From: Pseudomonadota bacterium
GTDB taxonomy: Bacteria > Pseudomonadota > Alphaproteobacteria > Geminicoccales > Geminicoccaceae
Direction: 5' to 3'
NCBI GenBank assembly: GCA_039197065.1
Contig: JBCCUL010000014.1
Coordinates: 36,119 to 100,118 of the forward strand
Length of the DNA stretch: 64,000 nt
The position numbers and the translations under genes were made by a program. Shown here in pieces: positions 43,761 through 53,413 of this stretch. A model generated the notes under the pieces. It made no database searches. It saw only the letters and a program-made list of their open reading frames with translations, and was not told where the DNA came from. How positions within the stretch are numbered: the stretch's first letter is position 1; every line of letters begins with the position of its first letter.

Positions 43761-45383
43761 GTGGCGAACTCGGATAAAAGCGGATCGCAACCGAGCTTGA
43801 TCGATCAAATGGCGGATGCCGCTCGCACGGGACGGCTATCGCGCCGAGAATTCGTGCATTACGCGATAGCCGCCGGCGTCACCGCCAGTACTGCCACCGG
43901 CCTGTGGAGTTCCAAGGTTGCGGCGCAGACGCCGAAGCGTGGCGGTCTCTACCGCATCGCGCAGCATGACGGCAACACATCGGATCAGCATGATCCGGGC
44001 CTCTACCAGTCAAACTTCGAAATATCGTTAGTTCACACATTCCGGTCCTTTCTGACCATGATCAATCAGGACGGAACCCTTGGTCCGGATGTGGCGACGG
44101 AATGGTCGGCAACGGATGATGCAATGGAGTGGACGTTCAAACTGAACGATCGCGCCACCTTCCACAGCGGCAGAAAAGTCACGGCGAATGATGTCGTCGC
44201 GTCGATGAATCATCACCGCGGCGAAAATTCGACCTCGGCAGCGAAGGCGCTTTTGTCGACCGTTGAGGACATCGTCGACAATGGCGATTCGGTCACGTTC
44301 AAGCTTTCGGCGCCGAATGCCGATCTGCCTTGGATCATGCCTGACTATCATCTCGCGATCGTGCCGGCGAACGACGATGGCACCGCGAACTGGCAGTCCG
44401 CCGATGGCTGCGGTCCTTACAAGATCGTCGAGCTGGAGTTCGGCGTTGGCGCCAGGTTCGAGCGTCATGACGATTGGCACGGTGAAGGCGCTTATTTCGA
44501 CGAAGTCCAGTTCCTGGTCATCAACGATCCGAATGCGCGTCAGACAGCACTCGTCACCGGCGATGTCGATGCCTGCAGCCTGCTTGAAAACAAGACCTTG
44601 GGACTGCTGGGGCGCAGCCCGGACATTGAGATCGACAACGTGTCGTCGGCGCAGTGCATCACCATGCCGATGCATGTCGACGTTCCGCCGTTCGACAACC
44701 CCGATGTGCGGATGGCGCTGAAACTCGCGATCAACCGCGAAGAGCTGATCGAAAAAATCACGTTCGGTGCGGCGACTATCGGCAATGATTTCCATCATTC
44801 GCCAGCGATGCCTTACTTCCCCGCCGATATCCCACAGCGCGAATATGATCCGGATCAGGCAAAGTCCCTCTTGAAGAAAGCGGGCATGGAGAACTTGACG
44901 GTCGACTTCAGCACGGCCGACTCGATCACCACCGGCGCCGTGGATGCCGCAATCCTCTACGCCGAGCATGCCAAGGCTGCGGGCATTACGATCAATGTCG
45001 TGCGCGAGCCGAATGATGGCTACTGGTCGGACGTCTGGCTCGTCAAGCCATGGTGCATGGTCACATGGGGGGCCCGTCCGACACCGGATGTCATGTATAC
45101 GCTTGCCTATAAGGACGACGCGGACTGGAACGAATCGCACTGGAAGAATCCGCGGTTCAACGAACTGCTTCTGCAGGCCAAGGCCGAACTCGACGATACC
45201 AAGCGCGCCGAGATGTATCATGAGATGGGCATGTTAGCTCGCGATGACGGTGGCACCGTCATTCCGTACTTCCCGAACTTCGTCTACGGACGCCGTAAGA
45301 ACGTCCAGCATATCGGCCAGCTGTCGCCGGCCTGGCAGATGGACGGCTATCGCCATGCCAGCCGCTGGTGGTTCGCCGAATAA
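43761..45383 (+). CDS. ABC transporter substrate-binding protein, family 5 (peptide/nickel/opine type), Tat signal
   Basis: The Tat motif is GRLSRREFVHYAIAAGVTAS. The size (540 aa) and composition are typical of SBP_bac_5. GTG start preceded by GGGAGAG. Confidence 0.9.
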   Translation: MANSDKSGSQPSLIDQMADAARTGRLSRREFVHYAIAAGVTASTATGLWSSKVAAQTPKRGGLYRIAQHDGNTSDQHDPGLYQSNFEISLVHTFRSFLTMINQDGTLGPDVATEWSATDDAMEWTFKLNDRATFHSGRKVTANDVVASMNHHRGENSTSAAKALLSTVEDIVDNGDSVTFKLSAPNADLPWIMPDYHLAIVPANDDGTANWQSADGCGPYKIVELEFGVGARFERHDDWHGEGAYFDEVQFLVINDPNARQTALVTGDVDACSLLENKTLGLLGRSPDIEIDNVSSAQCITMPMHVDVPPFDNPDVRMALKLAINREELIEKITFGAATIGNDFHHSPAMPYFPADIPQREYDPDQAKSLLKKAGMENLTVDFSTADSITTGAVDAAILYAEHAKAAGITINVVREPNDGYWSDVWLVKPWCMVTWGARPTPDVMYTLAYKDDADWNESHWKNPRFNELLLQAKAELDDTKRAEMYHEMGMLARDDGGTVIPYFPNFVYGRRKNVQHIGQLSPAWQMDGYRHASRWWFAE

Positions 45384-45394
45384 AGTAGAAGACG

Positions 45395-45425
45395 GACGGC
45401 CCGGTGCGTTTTGCACCGGGCCGTC
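45395..45425 (+). promoter_or_regulatory. Strong intra-operon stem-loop between the binding-protein and permease genes
   Basis: GACGGCCCGGTGC-gtttt-GCACCGGGCCGTC is a perfect 13-bp stem with no U-tract after it. It fits an mRNA-stabilising or attenuating hairpin of the kind common after SBP genes. Confidence 0.5.
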
Positions 45426-45534
45426 GATCGAAAAAACCGAACAAGACTCGCAAGCCGGCATCGTTAGACCGGCCCATCGCCGAGTTGTACAGCGATCGAT
45501 CTGACTATATCCGAAGACGAGTCAGGAGGGGGTA

Positions 45535-46491
45535 ATGGGGGATTTGTTAGGGCTCGTTGCGAGACGGCTCGGGTTAGGGCTGGTCACGCTTCTCGTGGTG
45601 TCCGTCCTGATTTTCTTTGCGGTCGAACTGCTGCCCGGCGATATTGCCCAGGCGGTGCTCGGACAGAGCGCTACCGAGGAAACTGTCGCTGCCTTGCGCG
45701 ATAAACTCGGCCTTGATCGCCCGGCGCCCATTCGTTACTTCGACTGGCTTGGCGGGGCGGTCACCGGTGATTTCGGGGTGTCGCTCGTTTCAGGCGAGTC
45801 GGTTAGCGCTGCGATCGGCGAACGCTTCATCAACACGCTCTTTCTTGCCGCCTATGCCGCGGTCATCGCCGTACCGATCGCCATCCTCCTGGGCGTCATC
45901 GTGGCCTTGCTGCGCAACACTATTTTCGATCGCGTGGCGAACGTGCTGACGCTGACGTCGATCTCCTCGCCCGAGTTTTTTCTGGGCTACATCCTGATCC
46001 TCTATTTAGCCGTCAAGACCAGCATGTTTCCGGCGATCGCGAGCCTGAGCGGGGATATGAGCTTTCTCGAGCTGCTCCACCGCACCTTTCTCCCCGCCCT
46101 GACGCTCGTTCTGGTCGTCACCGCCCACATGATGCGGATGACGCGGGCTGCGATCATCAATCTTCTGGCTTCGCCCTATATCGAGATGGCTCGTCTCAAG
46201 GGGACACCGCCCTGGAAGGTGATCGTCAACCACGCGCTGCCCAATGCCTGGGCGCCGATCATCAACGTGGTGGCGCTCAACCTCGCCTATCTCATCACTG
46301 GCGTCGTGCTCGTCGAGGTCGTGTTCGTTTATCCCGGCATCGGCCAGCTCCTGGTCGACGCCGTGGCCAAGCGTGATTTCCCGATCGTTCAGGCCTGTTG
46401 CCTGGTCTTCGCCGCGACATTCATCCTTCTCAACCTTGCTGCAGACGTGGGATCGATCCTGACAAATCCACGTCTTCGACATCCGAAATGA
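45535..46491 (+). CDS. ABC transporter permease (DppB/OppB-like)
   Basis: The N-terminal TM helix, the ...YIEMARLKGTPPWKVIVNHALPNA... EAA-loop region and the 318-aa size all fit. Confidence 0.9.
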   Translation: MGDLLGLVARRLGLGLVTLLVVSVLIFFAVELLPGDIAQAVLGQSATEETVAALRDKLGLDRPAPIRYFDWLGGAVTGDFGVSLVSGESVSAAIGERFINTLFLAAYAAVIAVPIAILLGVIVALLRNTIFDRVANVLTLTSISSPEFFLGYILILYLAVKTSMFPAIASLSGDMSFLELLHRTFLPALTLVLVVTAHMMRMTRAAIINLLASPYIEMARLKGTPPWKVIVNHALPNAWAPIINVVALNLAYLITGVVLVEVVFVYPGIGQLLVDAVAKRDFPIVQACCLVFAATFILLNLAADVGSILTNPRLRHPK

Positions 46492-46501
46492 GGGCGGCGA
46501 C

Positions 46502-47566
46502 ATGAGTATGTTTGTTATCGGATATTACGCCGCCCTGATCGCAGCCTCCTGTCTGGCAGCCTACTTCAAGAATCGCCAGGTCTTCATGCTCATCTTTTCG
46601 CTGACGCTGGTGTCGTTCATTCTTGGCATTATCGGCGGCGTTCCAGCCCTATGGGCAGTCACAGTCTCTGCGGGGCTCCTCGCCTTGGCGGCGGGAACGT
46701 CTTACGCTTTCAAAGAGTTTCTTGTGCAGATCGCCAGTCCGAATCTTGCGAAGGAACTCAGAACGGCGCCACTGACCGCAGCCTTCGGCCTTTTCGTGAT
46801 CTTCACCTACGCGATCGCCGGCATCTTTGCACCCTGGATCGCACCGCATGGGGAAGCCGAAGTCATCTCCTCGGCGTTCGCGCCCGCCGACGAATCGATG
46901 CTTTTGGGCGCTGATCAGCTTGGTCGAGATATCTTCAGCCGGATCATCTATGGAGCCCGCAACACGGTCGGCCTTGCGCTGGTCGCGACGACCCTCGCCT
47001 TCATCATCGGGGCTCTGGCGGGACTTCTTTCAGCGGTCAAGGGAGGCTGGTTCGACCAGTTGATGGGCCGGGTGGCCGACGTCATCATGTCGGTCCCGTC
47101 CTTGATCTTCGCCCTCCTGATCCTGTCGATTTTCGGTACGAATCTCTGGGTGATCGTGGTCGTCGTCGCCGTCATCTACTCGCCTCGCGTCTTCCGCCTC
47201 ACCCGCGCTGTTGCTGGCAACATCGTGGTCATGGACTATATCGAAGCAGCAAGGCTGCGTGGTGAGGGCGACTGGTATCTGATCAGGAAGGAGATCCTGC
47301 CCAACTCCACGGCGCCGCTGGTCGCCGAGTTCGGCTTGGAATTCTGTTTCGTGTTTCTCCTCATCGCCGGCCTCAGCTTCCTCGGGCTTGGCATTCAGCC
47401 GCCGACCGCCGACTGGGGCTCGATGGTGCGCGAGAATGCGACGCTGATTTCGTTCGGCGACATCACGCCGCTGATCCCGGCGGGGGCGATTGCGCTCCTG
47501 ACCGTGGCGGTCAACTTCGTCGTCGACTGGATGCTGTTCCGGTCCTCTGGGCTGAAGGAGCAATAA
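46502..47566 (+). CDS. ABC transporter permease (DppC/OppC-like) with an extra N-terminal membrane segment
   Basis: ...LGADQLGRDIFSRIIYGARN... and ...YIEAARLRGEGDWYLIRKEILPN... are DppC motifs. An N-terminal extension of about 70 aa carries 2-3 additional helices. Confidence 0.9.
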   Translation: MSMFVIGYYAALIAASCLAAYFKNRQVFMLIFSLTLVSFILGIIGGVPALWAVTVSAGLLALAAGTSYAFKEFLVQIASPNLAKELRTAPLTAAFGLFVIFTYAIAGIFAPWIAPHGEAEVISSAFAPADESMLLGADQLGRDIFSRIIYGARNTVGLALVATTLAFIIGALAGLLSAVKGGWFDQLMGRVADVIMSVPSLIFALLILSIFGTNLWVIVVVVAVIYSPRVFRLTRAVAGNIVVMDYIEAARLRGEGDWYLIRKEILPNSTAPLVAEFGLEFCFVFLLIAGLSFLGLGIQPPTADWGSMVRENATLISFGDITPLIPAGAIALLTVAVNFVVDWMLFRSSGLKEQ

Positions 47567-47567
47567 G

Positions 47568-49244
47568 ATGAGCAAGTTTGACGGAAAAGACGTTCTCCTG
47601 AAAATTCGCGGGCTCAAGATCCAGGGCTATTCCGACGAGACCTGGGTCGACATCATTAAGGGCGTGGATCTCACGCTGCATCGCGGTGAGGTGATGGGGC
47701 TGATCGGCGAATCGGGTGCCGGCAAGTCCACCATCGGCGCTGCGGCCATGGGCTATGCTCGTGACGGGACGAGGATCTCGGAAGGCTCGATCGAGTTCGA
47801 CGGTATGGAACTCACCACCGCGTCCGAGTCGGAGCGGCGGGCCCTTCGTGGCTCGCGCATCGCCTATGTTGCCCAATCGGCAGCCGCTTCCTTCAATCCG
47901 GCGCATAAGCTGATTGACCAGCACACCGAAGCGCCAGTGCATTACCGGATCCAGAAGCGGCTCGAGGCGCAGGAAGACGCCATGGAGCTTTATGAGCGGC
48001 TGCGCCTGCCGAACCCGCAGGAAATCGGGTTTCGCTATCCCCACCAGGTGTCGGGCGGGCAGCTTCAACGGGCCATGACGGCCATGGCCATGTCCTGTCG
48101 TCCGGATCTGATCATCTTCGACGAGCCGACGACGGCGCTCGACGTGACGACCCAGATCGAAGTCCTGGCGGCGATCCGCGATATCGTGGACCAGTTCAAC
48201 ACGGCCGCCATCTACATCACCCATGACCTGGCGGTCGTCGCGCAGATGGCCGACACGATCAAGGTCCTTCTCAAAGGCGAGGAAGTCGAGGAAGCCGATA
48301 CGGAAGAAATGCTCGAGCATCCCAAGGAGGACTACACCAAGAGCCTCTGGGCGGTTCGGAGCTTCCAGCGTCCGCAGAAATCGCGCCCGACAGACGGCAC
48401 CAAGCCCGTGATTTCCGTCCAGAACGTGGATGCAGCCTATACCGGCGGCGACAAGATCCTCCACGACGTGTCCTTCGACATCTATCCGGGCATGACGGTC
48501 GCGGTTGTCGGCGAATCCGGCTCGGGCAAGTCAACCGCAGCGCGCGTCATCACAGGGTTGTTGCCGCCCATGAGCGGGCAGATCCTCTGTGATGGCGAAC
48601 CTTTGCCGCCGAAATACACCGACCGATCACGCGATCAACTCCGCCAGGCGCAGATGATCTATCAGATGGCGGACACCGCGCTGAATCCGAAGGTCAGAAT
48701 CAGCGAAATTATCGGTCGCCCGGCACAGTTCTATTCCGGCCTCAAGGGACCGGAGCTCAAGCAGCGGGTCGACGAGCTTCTGGACCTCATCGAACTCGAG
48801 CCTTCGCAATACTATAACCGCTACCCACCCGAACTCTCGGGCGGTCAGAAACAGCGGATCGGCATCGCTCGGGCACTTGCGGCTGAGCCCAAGTTCATCA
48901 TCTGCGACGAGGTCACGAGCGCGCTCGACCAGCTGGTCGCCGAGGGTATCCTGAGGCTTCTCGACCGGCTTCAACAGGAGCTGGGCCTAGCCTACATGTT
49001 CATCACCCACGATCTCGCCACCGTGCGTTCGATCGCCGACGAGGTCGTCGTCATGCAATATGGCAAGGTGGTCGAGCAAGGCCCCAAGGACGAGATGTTC
49101 AAGCCGCCGCATCACCCTTACACCGACCTTCTTCTGTCCTCGGTGCCGGAGATGGATCCAAACTGGCTGACGACGCTTCTCGAGGAGCGCGGCGTCGACA
49201 ATGTCGGAGAAGCGGCCCAGGGCTCAACGCCGCGCGCCGGGTAG
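47568..49244 (+). CDS. Fused double ATP-binding protein of the Dpp/Opp-type ABC system
   Basis: Two Walker A motifs (GESGAGKST, GESGSGKST), two LSGGQ signatures (VSGGQLQR, LSGGQKQR) and two Walker B motifs (IIFDEPT, IICDEVT). Confidence 0.9.
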   Translation: MSKFDGKDVLLKIRGLKIQGYSDETWVDIIKGVDLTLHRGEVMGLIGESGAGKSTIGAAAMGYARDGTRISEGSIEFDGMELTTASESERRALRGSRIAYVAQSAAASFNPAHKLIDQHTEAPVHYRIQKRLEAQEDAMELYERLRLPNPQEIGFRYPHQVSGGQLQRAMTAMAMSCRPDLIIFDEPTTALDVTTQIEVLAAIRDIVDQFNTAAIYITHDLAVVAQMADTIKVLLKGEEVEEADTEEMLEHPKEDYTKSLWAVRSFQRPQKSRPTDGTKPVISVQNVDAAYTGGDKILHDVSFDIYPGMTVAVVGESGSGKSTAARVITGLLPPMSGQILCDGEPLPPKYTDRSRDQLRQAQMIYQMADTALNPKVRISEIIGRPAQFYSGLKGPELKQRVDELLDLIELEPSQYYNRYPPELSGGQKQRIGIARALAAEPKFIICDEVTSALDQLVAEGILRLLDRLQQELGLAYMFITHDLATVRSIADEVVVMQYGKVVEQGPKDEMFKPPHHPYTDLLLSSVPEMDPNWLTTLLEERGVDNVGEAAQGSTPRAG

Positions 49245-49292
49245 GCGCGGTATCCGACGATTTCGAGGTGCTGAAGCCTGCGCGTCAGGCGG

Positions 49293-49415
49293 TTAGGTAA
49301 TCGCCGCGGCTGTGAACGCCATGGTGGCGATGATGGCGCCATAGACCATCAGGAGCGCTGGCAAGGTGCCGCTACGGGCGCGATATTCGCGGATCAGATC
49401 ATCGCGGCTCAGCAT
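49293..49415 (-). CDS. Candidate 40-aa small membrane protein (unannotated, below the ORF-track cutoff)
   Basis: My own translation: MLSRDDLIREYRARSGTLPALLMVYGAIIATMAFTAAAIT, a charged N-terminus plus one hydrophobic helix. GGAGAG sits 4-5 nt upstream of the ATG. The call is speculative. Confidence 0.25.
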   Translation of the reverse strand: MLSRDDLIREYRARSGTLPALLMVYGAIIATMAFTAAAIT

Positions 49416-49567
49416 GACGCTCTCCAGCGCTCGACGTGGTCGGTTCGGCACCAAGTACCAATTTCGCTGCTATATGAAAATCGCCGTCTGTTCAAGGACA
49501 AAGATGTCAAAGCGGCAGCGATTTTTGCAACCCTGTTCCAGCAAAAACGCATAGCCCAGAAGCGCCG

Positions 49568-50308
49568 TCAGAGTTCCGCCGGAAGTCGGTCATTTTCGCC
49601 GGCGATTTCGATCAGTTCGAGTGTGGCGGCGGGGTTGGTGATCATCAATTCATGGCCGCCCAGGGTCGCGCCGATCTGCCAACGGCGCGCCGTCGAAAAG
49701 CGCTCGATCACGGCTGCGTAGGGCTGCGGATCACGGTCCTTGGCATAGAGGTAATAATGCGGACAATTCGCGCTTTCGAGGTCGGCCGGCATCTTGTCGC
49801 GATAGGTCTTGATCGACTGGGGCGTGAGTTGCGGTTTGAGCCAGGCGATCTGCTTATCGTTAAGCGAACCCCAATCCCTGGGATCGGGCGGGGGAACGCG
49901 CCAACCTCCGCCGACCTCACTGACGGCTTTCTGGGTCGCCTGTCGGCGTTCCTCCGGCCACATGTTCATGATCGAGGAACCCGGCTCGGGAATGGCGCCT
50001 TCGAGATGGACGACCGCGCGCACGCGATTGGCGATCCGCGCTTCGAGACCATGGATCAGCGCGCCGCCATAGGAATGGCCGACGAGCAGGAGATCGCTGA
50101 GATTCTCCTCATCGACGATCGCTTCCAGCTGATCGACATGTTCCCAAAGCCCGATATTGGGCTTGAGATCCGCAGCCAGGCTACCGAGCCCGAGGAGATC
50201 CGGGGCGATCACCCGGTGGCCGCGCTCGCGCAGCTCAGTGGCGATGTCATTCCAGGCCCACGCGCCATGCCAGGATCCGTGGACGAGCAGAATGTCGGCG
50301 ATCGTCAT
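49568..50308 (-). CDS. Alpha/beta-fold hydrolase (esterase-like)
   Basis: ILLVHGSWHGAWAW... and the nucleophile elbow LVGHSYGG. Confidence 0.85.
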   Translation of the reverse strand: MTIADILLVHGSWHGAWAWNDIATELRERGHRVIAPDLLGLGSLAADLKPNIGLWEHVDQLEAIVDEENLSDLLLVGHSYGGALIHGLEARIANRVRAVVHLEGAIPEPGSSIMNMWPEERRQATQKAVSEVGGGWRVPPPDPRDWGSLNDKQIAWLKPQLTPQSIKTYRDKMPADLESANCPHYYLYAKDRDPQPYAAVIERFSTARRWQIGATLGGHELMITNPAATLELIEIAGENDRLPAEL

Positions 50309-50341
50309 GATGCGTTTCTCGCTGCAATCGATGGAGGAGGT

Positions 50342-50587
50342 TCAGATGCCGAGGCGCTGTTCGGTTTTCAGATCGAACAGAAGGCCTTTGGCCATGTCGA
50401 CGGTGAGGCTGGTCTTGGCTCCGGATCCCATCGGTCCGTCTGCGCCCAGCCTGACGATGCACTCGTTATCACCGATTTTGATCAGCGCCAAGATATCAGA
50501 CTGTGCCGGCGCCGTCATCTCCACCTGGCATACGACCATATGCGGAAGCCGATCGTGACTGAGACAGTCAATGATGTGGCCACGCCA
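50342..50587 (-). pseudogene. TOBE/MalK-C-terminal-like fragment, in frame with potA behind a single TAG
   Basis: Reading past the potA TAG (50590-50588) in the same frame gives WRGHIIDCLSHDRLPHMVVCQVEMTAPAQSDILALIKIGDNECIVRLGADGPMGSGAKTSLTVDMAKGLLFDLKTEQRLGI*. The ...SLTVDMAKGLLFDLKTEQRL part resembles the last strands of MalK/UgpC regulatory domains (..l.vd....hlFD..tG.rl). Confidence 0.35.
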
Positions 50588-51679
50588 CTAGCTGCGCAAG
50601 AGGCGGATGTCATCCCTGTCCAGAACGACCCAGCAAGGGTCGCCAACGGCGAATGCCGTCTGGCCTCCCTGGCGTCCATGGGGCCGGTGGCAGACGACCT
50701 GTCGACCGGAACCCAGGCGTACGTAGATATGGCTGGCTTCGCCGAAAAACGCCTGCTGATCGATGGTGCCGGCAAGGGCGATGGCGGCGTCTTCGGGACG
50801 ATCGCGCAGGATGTCCATCTTCTCGGGACGGACAGCGATTTCGACCTTGCCAGTCCCCTGGCCATCGCTTGGCAGGCGCTGTTCACCTAGGTCTTCAGCG
50901 AGGATCACCAGTTCATCACCGCTCGCTGCCTTGACCTCGGCGTCGAAGAAATTGGTCTTGCCGATGAAGTCGGCGACCATGCGGCAGTTGGGACGGTCAT
51001 AAAGTCCTGTGGGCGGGGCCACCTGGAGGAGCTTGCCGCTGTCCATAACCGCGATCCGATCCGCCATGGAGAGTGCTTCCTCCTGATCGTGGGTGACGAT
51101 CACGAAGGTGATGCCGACCTCGTGCTGCAGGCGCACCAGTTCGAGCTGCATCTCCTCCCTGAGTTTGCGATCGAGGGCGGAGAGCGGTTCGTCCAGCAGC
51201 AGCACCTTCGGACGCTTGATCAGCGCGCGGGCGAGCGCCACACGCTGCCGCTGGCCGCCGGAGAGCTGGCTCGGCTGCCTGCTGCCATAGCCCTCCAGGC
51301 GAACCATCTTCAGCGCCTCCTCGACACGCGGACCGATCTCGACTTTAGGAACGCCGCTGACCACCAGGCCGTAGGCGACATTGTCGGCGACGCTCATATG
51401 CGGAAAGACCGCGTAGGACTGAAAGACCATATTCACGGGGCGTCGGTTCGGCGGCGTGGTAGTCATATCCTCACCGTCGATGGTCAGCCGGCCGCCGGAT
51501 GGCGGTTCGAAGCCGGCGATCATGCGGAGAAGCGTGGTCTTGCCGCAGCCTGAGGGGCCAAGGAGGGCGAAGAATTCGTTGGGCTGGATGTCCAGCGAAA
51601 CGTCGTCGACGGCGACGACGCTGCCAAAGGCTTTCGCAATCCGTTCGATCGTGACCATGGCGTTTTGATCTGTCGTCAT
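50588..51679 (-). CDS. potA: Polyamine-type ABC transporter ATP-binding protein (PotA/SpuF-like)
   Basis: The true start is the ATG at 51679 ([19 protein letters not shown]...), which forms an ATGA overlap with the potC-like stop. Walker A is GPSGCGKTT, the signature is [15 protein letters not shown], Walker B is LLLDEP, and a C-terminal TOBE domain is present. The 620-aa track ORF is an artefactual 5' extension. Confidence 0.9.
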   Translation of the reverse strand: MTTDQNAMVTIERIAKAFGSVVAVDDVSLDIQPNEFFALLGPSGCGKTTLLRMIAGFEPPSGGRLTIDGEDMTTTPPNRRPVNMVFQSYAVFPHMSVADNVAYGLVVSGVPKVEIGPRVEEALKMVRLEGYGSRQPSQLSGGQRQRVALARALIKRPKVLLLDEPLSALDRKLREEMQLELVRLQHEVGITFVIVTHDQEEALSMADRIAVMDSGKLLQVAPPTGLYDRPNCRMVADFIGKTNFFDAEVKAASGDELVILAEDLGEQRLPSDGQGTGKVEIAVRPEKMDILRDRPEDAAIALAGTIDQQAFFGEASHIYVRLGSGRQVVCHRPHGRQGGQTAFAVGDPCWVVLDRDDIRLLRS

Positions 51680-52503
51680 TTCTCGATGCCCGTGTCGGGC
51701 CGCTGCAGGCGCATGGCGATAAGCGTCAAAACAATGGTGATGACGATCAGGATCGTCGAGGCGGCGTTGACCTCGGGCGTCGCGCCGAAACGCACCATCG
51801 AATAGACCTTGACCGGGAAGGTCAGCGTTTCCGGTCCTGACGTGAAGAAGGTGATGACGAAATCGTCGAGCGAGAGCGTCATGGCGAGCAGCGCGCCGGC
51901 CACCAGCCCCGGCTTCATATAGGGAATGGTAACCCTCATCAGGGTTTGCCATTCGGACGCGCCGAGATCTTTCGAGGCCTCCTCCAGCGAGCGGTCGAAA
52001 CCGGTGAGACGGGCGCGCACCACGATGGCGACGAAGGGAAAGCAAAAGGCGACATGACCGATGGTGATCGCTGAGAGCGAGAGGGGCCAGGGAAGGCCGG
52101 TCGGCCAGCCGATCCGGATGAAAAACGCCATCAGCGCCACGCCCATGCAGATCTCGGGGATGACGATCGGCAGCGCCATCGCCCCTTCGGTCGGCGCCTT
52201 GCCGGGGAAACGAAAGCGCCAGAGCGCCAGTGCCGTGAGCGCGCCGAGCACGGTGCTGATCACGGTCGCCACGATGGCGATTATGAGGCTGTTTGTGAAG
52301 GCTTCGATCAGCGAAGCGTTGTTGAACGCCTTCACATAGTAGTCGAGGGTGAAACCGTTCCAGACGATGTTGCGTTTGCTGTCGTTGAAGCTGAAGACGA
52401 TCAGGATGATGATCGGCGCATAAAGGAATATGAATGTCGCCGCCATCCAAAGGCGCATCCAGAGCTTGCGGTCATATTCGAGAGGGCCTGCCCTGTCAGA
52501 CAT
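51676..52503 (-). CDS. Polyamine ABC transporter permease (PotC/SpuH-like)
   Basis: Six-TM BPD_transp_1 protein with the EAA-like region [22 protein letters not shown]. Confidence 0.9.
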   Translation of the reverse strand: MSDRAGPLEYDRKLWMRLWMAATFIFLYAPIIILIVFSFNDSKRNIVWNGFTLDYYVKAFNNASLIEAFTNSLIIAIVATVISTVLGALTALALWRFRFPGKAPTEGAMALPIVIPEICMGVALMAFFIRIGWPTGLPWPLSLSAITIGHVAFCFPFVAIVVRARLTGFDRSLEEASKDLGASEWQTLMRVTIPYMKPGLVAGALLAMTLSLDDFVITFFTSGPETLTFPVKVYSMVRFGATPEVNAASTILIVITIVLTLIAMRLQRPDTGIEK

Positions 52504-53389
52504 CGTCGCGGCTCCAATAGGAGCGAAGGGCGAGCGCGATGAAGGTCAAATAGAGGAGGAGGAAGGACATGGCTGCGCCGAGCGGCCAGTTGTTCGCGGC
52601 CTTGAACTGACGCTCGATGACATTGCCGATCATCTGGCTGTCGGGACCGCCGAGCAGATCCGGGATCAGGAACATGCCGAGCGAGGGGATGAAGACCAGG
52701 ATGATGCCGGAGATGATGCCTGGCCTGGCGAGCGGGATGACGATGCTGGCCATGGTGCGGATCTGGCCGGCGCCGAGATCGAGGCTGGCTTCGAGATAGG
52801 ACCGATCGAGGCGCTCCAACGTCGCGTAGAGGGGCAGCACCATGAAGGGGAGATAGACATAGACGATGCCGATGATCACGGCGGCGTCGTTGTAGAGAAG
52901 TTGGAGCGGCTGGAAACGGGGAAGGGCGCCGATGCCGATCGATTCGGTGACGGCGCTTGCGCCATCCCAAATCCCTTCCAGACCGAAATTGACATAGCCG
53001 CGCGTTCTGAGCACCGCGATCATTGCATAGGTGCGGATGAGCAGGTTGGTCCAAAACGGCAGGATCACCAGAAGAAGAAGGATCGGTTTTACCGTTGGCG
53101 GCGCGAAGCTGATGGCGAGCGCTATGGGAAAACCGATGATCAGGGCGACCAGGGTCGCAATCACGGCGATCCAAAAGGACTTCCAGAAGATCTTCAGATA
53201 GAGCGGATCAAACGCTTCGATGTAGTTGGCGAGCGTGCCGGTCACAGCGATGTCGACAACGCCCGTCCGCTCACCGAAGGAAAACGCCCAGATGAGCGAG
53301 AGCGGCGCTAGGAAGAACAGGACGAGCCAGAGCCCGCCCGGCAGCAAGAACGCCCAGAAGACAAGCGGATGCTGCCGCCAGCTCTCCAT
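52496..53389 (-). CDS. Polyamine ABC transporter permease (PotB/SpuG-like)
   Basis: The EAA region is LEASLDLGAGQIRTMASIVIPLARPG. Overlaps the next permease gene by 8 nt. Confidence 0.9.
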   Translation of the reverse strand: MESWRQHPLVFWAFLLPGGLWLVLFFLAPLSLIWAFSFGERTGVVDIAVTGTLANYIEAFDPLYLKIFWKSFWIAVIATLVALIIGFPIALAISFAPPTVKPILLLLVILPFWTNLLIRTYAMIAVLRTRGYVNFGLEGIWDGASAVTESIGIGALPRFQPLQLLYNDAAVIIGIVYVYLPFMVLPLYATLERLDRSYLEASLDLGAGQIRTMASIVIPLARPGIISGIILVFIPSLGMFLIPDLLGGPDSQMIGNVIERQFKAANNWPLGAAMSFLLLYLTFIALALRSYWSRDDV

Positions 53390-53413
53390 TTACTCAGCGG
53401 GCAGCAGCAGTGG

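Noticed and set aside
49652-50890. 412-aa plus-strand ORF spanning the hydrolase gene, the gap and the potA 3' end
   Set aside because: It runs antisense to two well-supported genes and has no motifs.
50588-52450. 620-aa ORF suggesting a giant PotA with a 257-aa N-terminal extension
   Set aside because: The extension is an out-of-frame read through the potC-like permease gene and is His/Arg/Asp-rich. The genuine start is the ATG at 51679, ATGA-coupled to the permease stop.
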